From NCBI RefSeq assembly GCF_001194135.2, contig NC_068981.1:147453314-147517313 (forward strand): a stretch of 64,000 nt of DNA, given 5' to 3'. Positions 1 to 12,309 of this stretch are shown one piece after another (the stretch's first letter is position 1; the number at the start of each line of letters is the position of its first letter). The translations under genes were made by a program, and so were the position numbers. This stretch comes from Octopus bimaculoides (Eukaryota). Below the pieces are notes generated by a model. The model was not told where the DNA came from and searched no databases. It saw only the letters and a program-made list of their open reading frames with translations.

Positions 1-1080
1 ACACACTAATAAGTAAAGAGTTCTAGAACTTTATCGTATTTAGAATGCTAAAGCAAAAGAAACAAGCTGACACTAAGACTATAAAAATGATGATGAGGTG
101 TTTCTATAGGATAGATACTAACAAGCCTCTTTCACTTCTCTTAATAATACAGCTGACAGTTTGTACAAACCTGGTACAGCAGAGCAACAGAGAGGATGAG
201 GAAGGCATAAGCTGCTGTTTTGTAAACTGACTAGGTTTATTCAACAGCAGGAAAATAGGATCGATACAGATATCATCAACCAGTCTAGTATTCATCTAGC
301 TACACCAGGTTTCCAGCTGAATGGAACAAAAGTCTGTTACTGCTGTAGACAGGAATCGACCAAACATGCAATAAACAGTAGGATCTAAGTAAAGCTAGAA
401 GAAATGAAGAAAACAGAATACTAGAGAACCGATAACAGATGGTACTAATGAAACTCCTCAAATTCTTTGGTTTGGAATATTAACAAAAAATGAAAACTAA
501 AAATGAATTTGGTAATCAGGAAACTTGTGAAACGACTGGTCTATTTTTCCATTTTTTTTTTCCTTTTCCATGTATACATTAAGCCTCATACTACAGTAAA
601 TAATGAAATTTTGAGCTCAAATATTTTGGAAATAAGATATATTAGATATGCGGTTAAAAAAAAAATGAATAACAGAAATCATTTTGAAGTAAAATTTATA
701 ATATTGTCTGAGTTTCTCTAAAAGGTTTCATGTATTCATGTACAGAAGAATATTTTAAAAGCACATTTTATTTAATAAAAATCCCCCCCCCACCTCCCTT
801 TTAAAAAGTAAAACCTTAAAAATTCTTAATTCTATTTTTTCACTTCTTTCTTTCTTTAATTTTAAAAATAATGAAGAAAAGATTCTGTTAATAACATTAA
901 GGTATGTAAAAATAATAAACACTGAACCAACTTTATTTTATATTTACTTAGATATTAATGCCTATAAGCAAATCTTCAAATATCTTTCGCCATCCTAATA
1001 ATGTTATTATGCTCAGTAATCAACTTTATTTCATAATAATAGCTGCCTGAAGCAAGATAAATTCCTTGGTTTAGACATAA

Positions 1081-1101
1081 TTTTTGGTTTCACACATACA
1101 T

Positions 1102-1165
<64 letters not shown>

Positions 1166-1242
1166 CACACATATATATATATATACATACACACACACAT
1201 ATATATACATACACACACACATATATATACACATATACACAC

Positions 1243-1289
<47 letters not shown>

Positions 1290-1310
1290 CAAATATATAT
1301 AAACACACAC
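1081..1310. repeat. Compound (TA)n/(CA)n microsatellite
   Basis: Direct dinucleotide runs; source of the IYIYIY ORFs. Similar tracts occur at about 3650-3830, 5030-5130, 5270-5430, 39435-39540, 40740-40810, 49580-49620 and 51150-51180. Confidence 0.95.
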
Positions 1311-1973
1311 TCTTTGCAAAATTAAAGTCTCAATATGAAACAAACTAATAATTAATTGTATTATTGTTTTAATTAAAATTTACTGAAAGGACTTTTTATG
1401 ACTATTTATTATTTATTTGTTCAAAAACCACATTTAGCAGAAAGCAGAATTATATAATAAGAAAGGTGCAGTGAAAACAAAAGTAAACAGAAGGGGGGTG
1501 GGGGGAAGAGGAGGAGTAGCAAAATCAATACTCTAACATAGTAATATGATTATCTTTAGAAGAGATTAGAGAATTTTTCAAAAACAAAAATATTAAAAAT
1601 AGATAAATAAAAATGTAAAATGAATGAACAAAATATCTTAAAACAATTATTAATTCCACAGCCAATTAGCTTTCAGTGAAATATTGATCATGTACTTTGA
1701 CTAGTTAGGCAACAAACTACAATTTGATTCTGTCTAACAAAGATAAACAATAACCAAGCAGAGAAGTTTTGAACTAAAAATTTCACTTGAGCAAGCAAAT
1801 AGCTATCTTTTAGTGCTTTGTTCATTTAGATAGATATATATTGTTGCGCTTACAAATGCAAAACACATACAAACAAATTAGAGAAGAATGTAAGAAATAC
1901 CAATTTCCCTAAATAATCACACCATAAAAAGTATTTGGGAGGAGAGGAATTATTTTAGAAGGAATTATGAACA

Positions 1974-2145
1974 AGGCGCAGGAGTGGCTGTGTGGTAAGT
2001 AGCTTGCTTACCAACCACATGGTTCCGGGTTCATTCCCACTGCATGGCATCTTGGGCAAGTGTCTTCTACTATAGCCTCGGGCCGACCAAAGCTTTGTGA
2101 GTGGATTTGGTAGACGGAAACTGAAAGAAGCCTGCCGTATATATG

Positions 2146-2204
<59 letters not shown>

Positions 2205-2400
2205 ATATGTTTGTGTGTCTGTGTTTGTCCCCCCAACATCACTTGACAACCAATGGTGGTGTGTTTACGTCCCCCGTAACTTAGCAGTTAGAATAAGTAC
2301 TAGGCTTACAAAGAATAAGTCCTGGGGTTGATTTACTTGACTAAAGGCGGTGCCCCAGCATGGCCGCAGTCAAATGACTGAAACAAGTAAAAAGAGAGAG
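1974..2400 (+). mobile_element. tRNA-derived SINE, family A, well-preserved copy
   Basis: Pol III box A-like TGGCTGTGTGG and box B-like GGGTTCATTCCC, an internal (TA/TG)n tract, and a 3' body ending CAGCATGGCCGCAGTCAAATGACTGAAACAAGTAAAA. Many related copies lie in the window. Confidence 0.9.
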
Positions 2401-2469
2401 TAAGTAAAAAAAAAAAGAAAACCTATACCTGTCACTCACAAGTAAACATGACCTAGTAATATGTACCAC

Positions 2470-2750
2470 ATTTATGTTAATTGTTTTTATGGCACCAATG
2501 AAGCTATGGAGCAGGTATGGACACCTTTGCAGTTCTCCCACCCATGACCCAGCGGAACATGCAGATGGGACAACTGGAGGGAGAGATGGTTGTGTCAACA
2601 CACAGCTGGTACTCATTTCAACTGAGTTGGCGAAAATGCAGTGAAATGATGTTCTTTACTCTAAACATAACATACTTCCTAGTCCAAGAATCGAACCCAT
2701 GACCATATGATTATGAAACCAACACCCTAACCACATAGCTACACATCTTC
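2470..2750 (-). mobile_element. Old tRNA-headed SINE remnant (different family)
   Basis: Reverse box B (GAATCGAACCC) and box A (CTAACCAC) at about 2690-2740, plus a GCTGGTACTCATTT core. Confidence 0.5.
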
Positions 2751-3688
2751 ACATTAGGAAGAGATAAGCAGTTAAGGTAGAAACACTTAGAACTATTACT
2801 AATCAGCTGAGTTTTTATGTGTATTGTACTTATTTGAACTTTAATGTGTGCAATGTACAAAACTCTCAGTGTTTGAGTCACTTTTGTGAAATTCTGTCAA
2901 TTAAAAAAGTATAAGATTTGAACTCAAATTGTAAACAGATGTAAACCTAATACCATAAGGCAAAGTGTCTGCTGCTTTTGCCAAATCTACTTATCCACCA
3001 TCCTAATAATAATAATAATAGAAGGAAGCAAGACAGAGAGAGAAAGAGAAAAATTTCTTTTACTTTCTCCTAGAGCTGAGCAATGATCTAAAGATTGTAA
3101 CTTATCCTTGTTTTTTTGCTCATGAATTAGACGAGCGAAGGAATAGTGCTGATGTCTGAACGGCTTGTACACTTTCATAGGAGGATACAGATAAGGAATG
3201 TTAACAGTTTTAGCTATATTTAACCAAAAGAAAATTCTTGGAGATCATACTTTATAAACAATGCATAAACAACAATACCATCTACACCAAAACAATGAAA
3301 ACTCTCAGCTATCTCAATTTTCTGCCCCACATTCATTACACAATCTTTTTAAAAAAGATTTTTCACTACCACTGTCCACATTTTATTCATATAATAGCTA
3401 CTACAATTCTACTATGTATTACTACCTATAAATACTGAGGTTGTACGGTGGCGCTTCAAAGCAGTCAAATGATCTGATAAAAATAGCAACCGACCTCTGG
3501 CTACACCCTATCATCATATGAAACCCCATTCATATAAGCAAACTGACAGAGAAGTACCAAATTTAAACTAATTGGGCCTTAGTCATACCTGTACTTAATA
3601 ACTAGGAATAGTCTACTATCACTGCTACTATTGAAAACTAACTACTAAATGACTGAATATATATATACATATATAAAAATATACATAT

Positions 3689-3731
<43 letters not shown>

Positions 3732-3831
3732 ATATACATATATATATATACATACATATATATATATATATAAACATATACATATATATATATACATACA
3801 TATATATATGTATGTATGTGCATATATATAT

Positions 3832-4196
3832 TCTTTTGTTTCAGTCATTTGACTGCGGCCATGCTGGAGCACAGCTTTTAGTCAAGCAAATCGACCCCAG
3901 GACTTATTCTTTGTAAGCCTGGTACTTATTCTATTGGACTCCTTTGCTGAACTGCTAAGTTATGTGGATGTAAATGCACCAGCATCGGTTGTCAAGCAAT
4001 ATTGGGGGGACAAACACAGACACACACACATATATGATGGGCTTCTTTCAGTTTCCGTCTACCAAATCCACTCACAAGGCTTTGGTCAATCTGAGGCTAT
4101 AGTAGAAGACACTTGCCCAAGGTGTTATGCAGTGAGACTGAACCCGGAACCATGTGGTTGGTAAGCAAGATACTTACTATACAGCCACTCCTGCAC
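3832..4196 (-). mobile_element. SINE family A copy
   Basis: Reverse complement of the 1974-2400 element across its full length. Confidence 0.9.
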
Positions 4197-4204
4197 CTAT
4201 ATAT

Positions 4205-4570
4205 ATTACGGGTTGGACAGTTTGACAGGGGACTGGTGAGCCAGATGGCTGCACTAGGTTCCAATCTGATCTGGCAGAGTTTCTACAGCTGGATGCCCTT
4301 CCTAACGCCAACCACTCCAAGAATGTAGTGGGTGCTTTTACGTGCTACCAGCATGGGGGCCAGTCAGCAGCCCTAGCAACGATCACGCTTGGATGGTACT
4401 CTTAGCGCTCCACTAGCACAGATGCCAGTCATGCGGTGCTGTCATCGAATTTGATTTCGATTTCACTTGCCCCAACAGGTCTTCACAAGCAGAGTTTAGT
4501 GTCCAATGAAAGAAAGGTACGCCTAAGTGTGCGTTATGGTCTCACTTGGCTTGCTGAGTTTTTTCAAGCA
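4205..4570 (-). mobile_element. RTE-tailed non-autonomous element (family R)
   Basis: Contains CTGGCAGAGTTTCTACAGCTGGATGCCCTTCCTAACGCCAACC, shared with 20758-21030, 34244-34437 and 38980-39435. Confidence 0.8.
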
Positions 4571-4571
4571 C

Positions 4572-4848
4572 AACTCATGAGCAGTCAACGGCCATCCAAC
4601 AAATGTGTACATTTGTATATTTTTACTTTCATATATTTATTATTTATATTTAAATCTTAGTTTATTTACATTTTTGAATTACATATCTTTTACTTTTATA
4701 TTTCCAAGACTTTTGGAAATATAAAAGTAAAAGATATGTAATCTAAAAATGTAAATAAACTAAGATTTAAATATAAATAATAAATATATGAAAGTAAAAA
4801 TATACAAATATACACATTTGTTGGATGGCCGTTGACTGCTCATGAGTT
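4572..4848. repeat. Near-perfect inverted repeat: 136-bp arms, 5-nt loop
   Basis: 4572-4707 is the reverse complement of 4713-4848 with 3 mismatches; the loop is GACTT. Confidence 0.95.
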
Positions 4849-5029
4849 CCTCCGACCTTTGATGGGTCTTATTTTTCATTCCACAGGGTGTCTAATAATC
4901 ACCGTCCTCACCAAGCAAGCCTGGTGGGGTTGCCAGTTTAGTTGCTGATGACCTGACCATGCAATAAGTCGTACTGGATTACATGTTACCTGTAGCACTC
5001 AAGAGTGACCTGACATATGCATATATATA

Positions 5030-5062
<33 letters not shown>

Positions 5063-5454
5063 GATATTTATGTATGTGTGTGTGTATATATGTCTGTATG
5101 TGTACATATATATGTGTATATATGTATATGTTATACTCTCGGAGTGGCTGGCATTAGGAAGGGCATCCAGATCAGATTGGAGTCTGGTGCATCCTCCTGG
5201 TTTGCCAGTCCCCAGTCAAACTGTCCAACACATGCCAGCATGGAAAATGGACATTAAACGATGATGATGATGTGTGTATATGTGTATACATATATGTGCG
5301 TGTGTGTATATGTATATATATGTGCGTGTATGTATATATATATGTGTGTGTGTATATATATATGTGTGTGTGTGTGTGTATATATACATATATATATATA
5401 TGTATGTGTGTGTGTGTGTATATATATATATATGTTTCATCAGCTTGATTGCTA

Positions 5455-5590
5455 AATCGACAAGTTTTTTATTCTCTGTCTGTTTATTTTCTCTTATTCC
5501 TTTCTGCTGAAGACCGTAGGCTCAAAACGTAAAAGACTTACTCACTTTCTCGAGCGTCAAACTAATACACTTGCTTGGTTTTGTTTTTCT
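5455..5590 (+). mobile_element. Penelope-like element terminal-repeat remnant with degenerate hammerhead core
   Basis: CTGAAGA-ccgtaggctc-AAAAC-GTA at 5507-5531 in a pyrimidine-rich context. Confidence 0.55.
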
Positions 5591-5640
5591 ATAAATTTCA
5601 TCTATCCATCTATATCTATATCTATATATATATATATATA

Positions 5641-6019
5641 GGAGAATAAAAAGCAAATAAGTAACAAGGATGTCCAGGTATCTGTGCATTACAGCCGTTT
5701 CAAGCAGCTCCATTTAATCGATCAATGAAAACATTACATCAATTTGAAATAAACCGCTCTCCTCGGAGGCAGACGACTATATAGATTTCCAACATACAGG
5801 ATACACCATTATAATTTTTTAGCAAATTTTTCGTTAATACTAGAGACTAAAATAATATTGCTTCTCTTTGGAAATCTATATGGTCGCCTGCATCTGTGGA
5901 GAACAGCTTATTTCAAATTGATGTAATGTTTTCATTGATCGATTAAATGGAGCCACTTGAAATGGCTGTAATGCACAGATACCTGGACATCCTTGTTACT
6001 TGTTTGCTTTTTATTCACC
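5641..6019. mobile_element. MITE with about 151-bp TIRs, TA-flanked (Tc1/mariner-type)
   Basis: 5641-5791 is a diverged reverse complement of 5869-6019, with a 77-bp spacer and TA on both sides. Confidence 0.85.
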
Positions 6020-7578
6020 TAACTTCGAGCAGTGTGGACCATACTGGATTGACTCGGTGCCTCGACTTAAGTACCTAATTCAACTGAATCTTAATTATTT
6101 CTTATATATATAAAACAACAAAGAAGCTCTGATGTGGTCATTTGATATGCTAAAAATAGCAGTTAGGCCTCTCTTAAATAACAAACATCATTATTAACAA
6201 CATAAATATTGGATAATGTAGTTCTTGATTCAGTATGTTTAGGAAAAAATAAGATGAGATGTTAACCTGTTCAATCATGTCAGATTTAACAACAACTGCC
6301 ACACTTTTTTTTTCTACTTCTTTACAGGAGTCTATGTTAGAAATATAAACAGTAATAATTTACTTTGTTTCCAACTATGTCTCACTACCTAGTAGCATCA
6401 TATTCTTTATGCACACCTACATGGATAGAGAAACTCTTTTCTGCCAGCGGAAGGAACAGCTATCATTTATAATAAACCAATCTAGCACTAGTTAGAGCCC
6501 TTTGGTAACAAACTATCAGCTACATCAGGTGAGTAGCTTGAGAAGTAGTTAATAGATTTCATATCATGGAGATTCCTAAAGTTAACTACACCTGTACATT
6601 AATTAATATATTTGAAATTTTGATCTAGTTAGTGTGCGGCATTTGCGTCCCTGTTGTTTGAACTTCCTACATAAACCATTTTTCAGAAAGCAACAAGATA
6701 GTGTTTAATTTAGATTTTATCATGTTGACCATAAAACACTACTGGACTCTAGGCTTTTACGAGGTTGGACTGAAAAGCTCATGGGCTGATTATGAAGGAG
6801 TGATGCTCGGGCTGTCAAAACTTGCATGCATTAATTTCAACTCTTCTTATTAATAAATGCATTGCTTCTTTCCAGGCAAAAAGACATCTGACTGTTCAGA
6901 GAAGACTTCAAAAGTAGAAGTGACTTCTTTTAAAAAATGGACAGAATTTGGCATCTTGGTGTTATTATAAGTACCTGCAGAAAAAGGGGTAAAAAATTAA
7001 CCTCATTTGGTCACATTCCATGAGAGTATCTTGATTGGCCAACCCTTGTATCTCAGGTTTGGAAGTTTTGCAGTTTTTTTGATAAATTCTGCAATGGAAA
7101 CTAAATCACATTTCTAACAATATTCACTACTGAATCCTTGCATTGTTCTCTCAGCAATAATTTATTTGGTTCAGTTTTATTGTGTGACATGCTATGTAAG
7201 TGTCCCTTGGGCTGACCAAGGCCTTAAGAGTGTATGTGGGAGATGGAAACAGAAAAAAGCCCATCGTGTATATATCATCATCATCACCACCATCATTTTA
7301 ATGTCTATTTCATGCTTGCATGAGTTGGACAGAAATTTTGAGGCAGATTTTCTATGGCTGGATGCCCTTACCAAGCAAAGTAATAGTTCATGACAACCAA
7401 ACATGAATACTAGAAATCAATGACATTGCTTGTATGACAGTGACAACTATTTTACAGCTAACATGTGATGTCAAGACATAAACACATACTCACACACACA
7501 CACACGCACATATATACATACATATTTACACACACACACAGATATATATATATATATATANNNNNNNNNNNNNNNNNN

Positions 7579-8833
7579 AAATAATGTGATTTTTTTTAAT
7601 TGCATGAACTAAAAATCGGAAGGGGATGGGATAAACTACCTGCATCAACTTACCATAAAAGCAGGTAATAATTTTACCTTGTATTTATTTTTAGTGCAAG
7701 TTTTGAAAAGTGAGGTTCAATTTTAACAGTTAATTTTTCAAAGCTGTAATGGAAGTGACAAAGGAGCATATTTGGCATATTTTGCTTTATGAGTTCAATA
7801 AAGGCAACAATGCAACGTAAAGTGTGAGCAATATTAATGCAGTATATGGGGATTGGATAATAAGCATAAGCCAGTGTCAACAGTGGTTCCAGAAATTCCG
7901 AGCTGGAATCTACAGCCCAGAAAATGAGCTTTGTCCTGGAAGATTTGTAGAGCTCGACGAGGACATCCTGCAAAGCCAGCTGGAATAAAATCCCATTATA
8001 ACTGTTGAGGAATTGGCAGAGAAGCTTCGATTTGGTTGGTCAACTATTCATTGGTATCTGTGTGCCATTGCAAAAGTCAGCAAATAGGATCAATAGGTTC
8101 CTCACAAACTTTCTGAGTCTAATAGCATGCAGTGAGTGAATGTGTGCTCTTCTTTGCTGTCACGTCTCACAAATGAACCTTTTTTGGACTGAATAGTGAC
8201 TGGTGACAAGAAATGGGTTCTCTATAAAAATGTCAAATGCTGAAGACAGTGGATAGAGAAAGGAGAAACACCAACACCCCAGGCTAAAGAGGGTCTTCAT
8301 CCATGTAAGGTGCTGTTATCCGTTTGGTGGGATATGTAAGGTTTAGTCCACTTTAAACTTTTAAACCCAAACCAAAGGATAACAAAGATCTATTGCGAGC
8401 AGCTTAAGTCAACACTAGAAGAAAAACGACCATGTTTGGTTTCATGACAAAAAGTGTTCTTCCATCAGTAAAATGCTCAGCCACATACAGCAAGAATGTT
8501 ATTTCAAAGGCGATGTTATTTTAAAAATGATGCTCCACCCACCATTTTCTCCGGATATTGCCTCATCTGATTATCATTAATTCTACAGTCTTCAAAATCA
8601 TTTGGACAGAAAAAATATGAATTCTGTAGACAAGATCAGAACAGTACTGGAGGAGTAGTTTTCATCATGGACAGGTGAATTTTGAAAGAGAGGCCTTGCA
8701 AGTCTACCAGATAGATGGAAGAGCGTTGTAGAAAATGAAGGAGAGTATATTTTAGATTAAAAAAGTACTTTATCTTAATTCTGAAAAATAAAAGAAGTAT
8801 AAAAAACTGCATTATTTATGGGAAGACCCAATA
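7579..8833 (+). mobile_element. Mariner (DD34D) DNA transposon, defective
   Basis: Right TIR ...GCATTATTTATGGGAAGACCCAATA followed by (TA)n; the left TIR (AAATAATGTG...) runs into the N gap; transposase remnant inside. Confidence 0.92.
7749..8760 (+). pseudogene. Mariner transposase pseudogene
   Basis: Starts MEVTKEHIWHILLYEFNKGNNA; contains *VPHKL (WVPHEL motif), IVTGDKKW (catalytic D1), HQ*NAQPH (D2 lost) and FSPDIASSDY (YSPDLAPSD motif); multiple stops and frameshifts. Confidence 0.92.
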
Positions 8834-8859
8834 TATATATATATATATACACACACATA

Positions 8860-9022
8860 CACACGACTGGCTTTTTTCAGTTTCATCAACTAGATCCACT
8901 CACAAAGCTTTGACTGGCTCAGAGCTATGGTAGAAGACACTTGCCCAAGGTGCCATGCAGGGAGACTGAACCCAGGAGCATGTGGTTGGGAAGCAAATTT
9001 CTTGCCATATAGTCACAGCTGT

Positions 9023-9025
<3 letters not shown>
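8860..9025 (-). mobile_element. SINE family A head half
   Basis: TTTCAGTTTC...GAAGACACTTGCCCAAGGTGCCATGCAGGGAGACTGAACCC matches the family A head in reverse. Confidence 0.8.
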
Positions 9026-9057
<32 letters not shown>

Positions 9058-9059
9058 TG

Positions 9060-9256
9060 TACTCCTTTTTCTGACATAGAAATGAATGTCATTTTCAATA
9101 TTCTGCAAAAACATGTCTGGTCATGGGGAAATATTACTTTGTTTGGAAACATAAGCGTTGTCAGAATAAGAGCATCTGATCATAGAAAATCTGCTCAATA
9201 ACTACGGTCTAACCCATCAAACATGGAATAGTGGACATTAATATGGTGATGATGAT
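9060..9256 (+). mobile_element. SINE 3' module with RTE-type tail (family C)
   Basis: CATGGGGAAATATTACTTTGTTTGGAAAC...AGAAAATCTGC...(GAT)n tail, as at 30700-30930, 53920-54125 and 55845-56040. Confidence 0.7.
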
Positions 9257-10195
9257 ACAATAATAAAAAAATTATGTTGGTTTTCAGATGGAATGAAATG
9301 AAGTGAAAACAGAAACATTTGAGAAAGGACATTCACATTAACCTATTTCAATGAGTAAGGCAATTATTTAAATCTAAAAGTAAATGTGGACACAAAAAAC
9401 ATATAATATATTTTACAATTAATAACATTTGGAAGAAAAAACAACTTATGTAAATAAAATTTAATTTGTCAGATGTAAAAGTTAAAATAAATATGAATAT
9501 TGCAAGTTTGGTATAAAACTGGTTAAATAATAATAATAATAATAATAATGATGATGATTATATATATATATGTGTGTGTGTGTGTATGAAAATGAGTATA
9601 ATTTTAATACAATGAAAATATTAATTCAGCAGGAAAGTAAAAACAAAGGAAGGGAAACAAATTATAATTATTCTGACTTCTGAACTGAAACTGAAGAAAC
9701 ACTTCATGTTGATTGCTTATAGAGAAATAAAAATACAACAGAGAGTTAATTTGAATAGAAGTGAACTTTTCAAATACACAATAGATACAATGGCCTTGAA
9801 TCTCAGACAGACAAACTAGGGGTCATTGACTTGGGAGGAAAATGACATCTCTAAATTAAATGAATGAAAACTAGACTGCAGATTCTTCCTGGTTCTAGAA
9901 AAGAAATTAATTGGGTTTGAATCAGTTAATTTAGCATGGCCATTATTTTCTAAGTATCTCAGGTCATTGAATGAAAGGGATTGCCTTATTCAATTTTTAA
10001 ACAAAACAGCATTTCAGAAGAAAGACAGAAGACTCATCAGCTGTAATGTACCAAAAGGTTTGGTAAGCAATAAATAAGTATTGTATGGTGTTAGAATGGA
10101 ATTAGAGATTTCACTGATGCAAAGGTATTAGTAATAATAATGAAAAAGTAGAAAACAATGCTTGAAAGACGGAATGTCAATCTATTTATAATTCT

Positions 10196-10620
10196 TGTAT
10201 TCTTTTACTTATTTCAGTCATTTGACTGTGGCCATGCTGGAGCACTGCCTTAAGGCGTTTTAGTCGAAGAAATCGATCCCAGACTTATTCTCTGCAAGTC
10301 TAGTACTTATTCTATCAGTTTCTTTCACCAAACCACTAAGTTACAGAGACGTAAACACACCAACATCAGCTGTCAAGCAATGGTAGGGGGACAAATACAG
10401 ACACACACAAATAAACAAATATATCTATATCTATCTATATCTATATATATATATATATATATATACAATGGGCTTCTTTCAGTTTCCGTCTACCAAATCC
10501 ACTCACATGGCTTTGGTTGGCCTGAGGCTATAGCAAAAGACACCCAAGGTGCCACACAGTGGGACTGAACCTGGAACCATGTGGTTGGGAAGCAAGCTTC
10601 CTACCACACAGCCACTCCAA
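10196..10620 (-). mobile_element. SINE family A copy
   Basis: Full-length reverse match to 1974-2400. Confidence 0.9.
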
Positions 10621-11482
10621 CAACATCATGTATACCAAGTGATGTTCTATTTTGTAACTTTATAAATCTAAGGATTACTTCAAAATTCTAAATTTTGGAC
10701 TATGAAAAAAAAAAAAAAAAAAAAAAAGGGTCTGCTTAAAATAGAAACATTTGGTTTCCTAGTAACTAGATTCATAAAGATTTTTGTATAGGTCGCTGAT
10801 CATCTTAGAATGCACTAATTAAACAAAAGTAACACAAAATATTAAAAGAAACTATTTCAATATGTGGCATAGCAATACTTAATGAGATACAAAGAAAATT
10901 TTAACAAAAATTTTGGCCATTTCTAAGTTGGTGTCATGGTAGCAGTCAAAACAGAATCATAAAGACAACATAATGTATTTATCAAAGACTAGTTTTCAAT
11001 TATTACAAATGCACTCATTAGTTAATGCTTGCTTTTACAAGATTACCAAGGTTCAAAATGAAGATTGATGAGTGATATGGTTCTTGAAAATGACATACAA
11101 TATTTTTAATAGGACGTATAAAACACCAAAATCATATTAATGGACTGTCAACTAGCAAAAACATTTCAAAGCTAAATTACTGGCGAAGAAAATTTCCAAT
11201 ATTTTTTCTTATTTTTACCACCCATCAGAAAATGTTTCCTAATGAACATGGAATACACACACAGTAACATAATGACCATTATATCTCAAGATTTCAGCTG
11301 TAATAAACTGAGGAATTGCAACAATCATGTGAAACGAGTCAATTAGGGGAGTCTCTTATTACCACTCATACAGCAAGAAACCACACCCTGCAATCTCAAA
11401 CACAAATACATTCAACAAAGTAGCCCTAGACAAAACAAATGATGGAATGATCAGGAACACCTTTCTTCATAAGTTTGGTTAA

Positions 11483-11916
11483 CCCAATCATTACCATATT
11501 TCTGTTGAAATACACTATCTTCCATTTTAATTGTTTTCGAAAACAAAAAAGTTTTCAATAACTTGTCATCATTAACCAGGTGTATGGAACATAAATTAGC
11601 ATGAACATTTGATAGATTTTAATACAGAGCATTTTAACCCTTTAGCATTTAAACTGGCTATGTCCAGCCTAAATATTGTCTGTTTTATATTAAAACTGGC
11701 CAGATCTGGCCTCTCACACCTATCCTATATAGTTATACTAAAAATAAAAAGTCACATCATTGAAATCTCAAAGCTATAAGATACTATATGATTAATTCAA
11801 AATAACGTGAATAAATAAGCATAACATTTGATAGAGTAATCTGAATGCTAAAGGGGTTAAACAAGAAGTTTGTCACAGAACTAAGGGCAGTCCTGGGCAG
11901 ATTGGTATCAAAATGG
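11483..11916. mobile_element. Outer piggyBac-type MITE (TTAA-flanked), interrupted by a second MITE
   Basis: TTAA|CCCAATCATTACC ... GGTATCAAAATGG|TTAA; degenerate TIRs. Confidence 0.65.
11638..11856. mobile_element. Inner piggyBac-type MITE
   Basis: TTAA|CCCTTTAGCATT ... AATGCTAAAGGGG|TTAA; second copy at 58266-58494. Confidence 0.9.
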
Positions 11917-12309
11917 TTAAAGCGGACTGACCTGAGATTAAACAGCAACAGACTGAGTGGATTTATCCTACTTAACTTTGCTTACATTACCATTTAACTC
12001 TCAATATACAACATGAGCCAAAGCAAGAGCATATATGGTGTCTATCAATTTGCTAGATACTACAGTAAAATCACCTTCAAAACATACCCTACTGTCATAC
12101 AAAATGAAATACAAATTAGATGATGTAGTTATTCCTAGATATACAATGCCTGGAAAATAGGGGGGGGGGAGGGGACAGGGTGATTATGGCTCAAATACCT
12201 TTGTTTTATCATTAGTTTATTTAAAAAGGGATGACATGTCAACAGCAAAAACAACAAAACAAAATTATTTGGATAATAAATAGAATGTAATATACTATGA
12301 AAACAAAAG

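Noticed and set aside
1-480. Higher-complexity segment with about 60-aa ORFs on both strands
   Set aside because: No recognisable motif or splice signals, and it is truncated by the window edge.
1031-1343. IYIY/VCVC-rich ORFs here and at about 3640, 5040-5510, 25000, 39390 and 49540
   Set aside because: They are translations of (TA)n/(CA)n microsatellites.
1974-2060. tRNA gene
   Set aside because: Box A/B are present but there is no cloverleaf or terminator, and the sequence continues into a SINE body; the same applies to all SINE heads.
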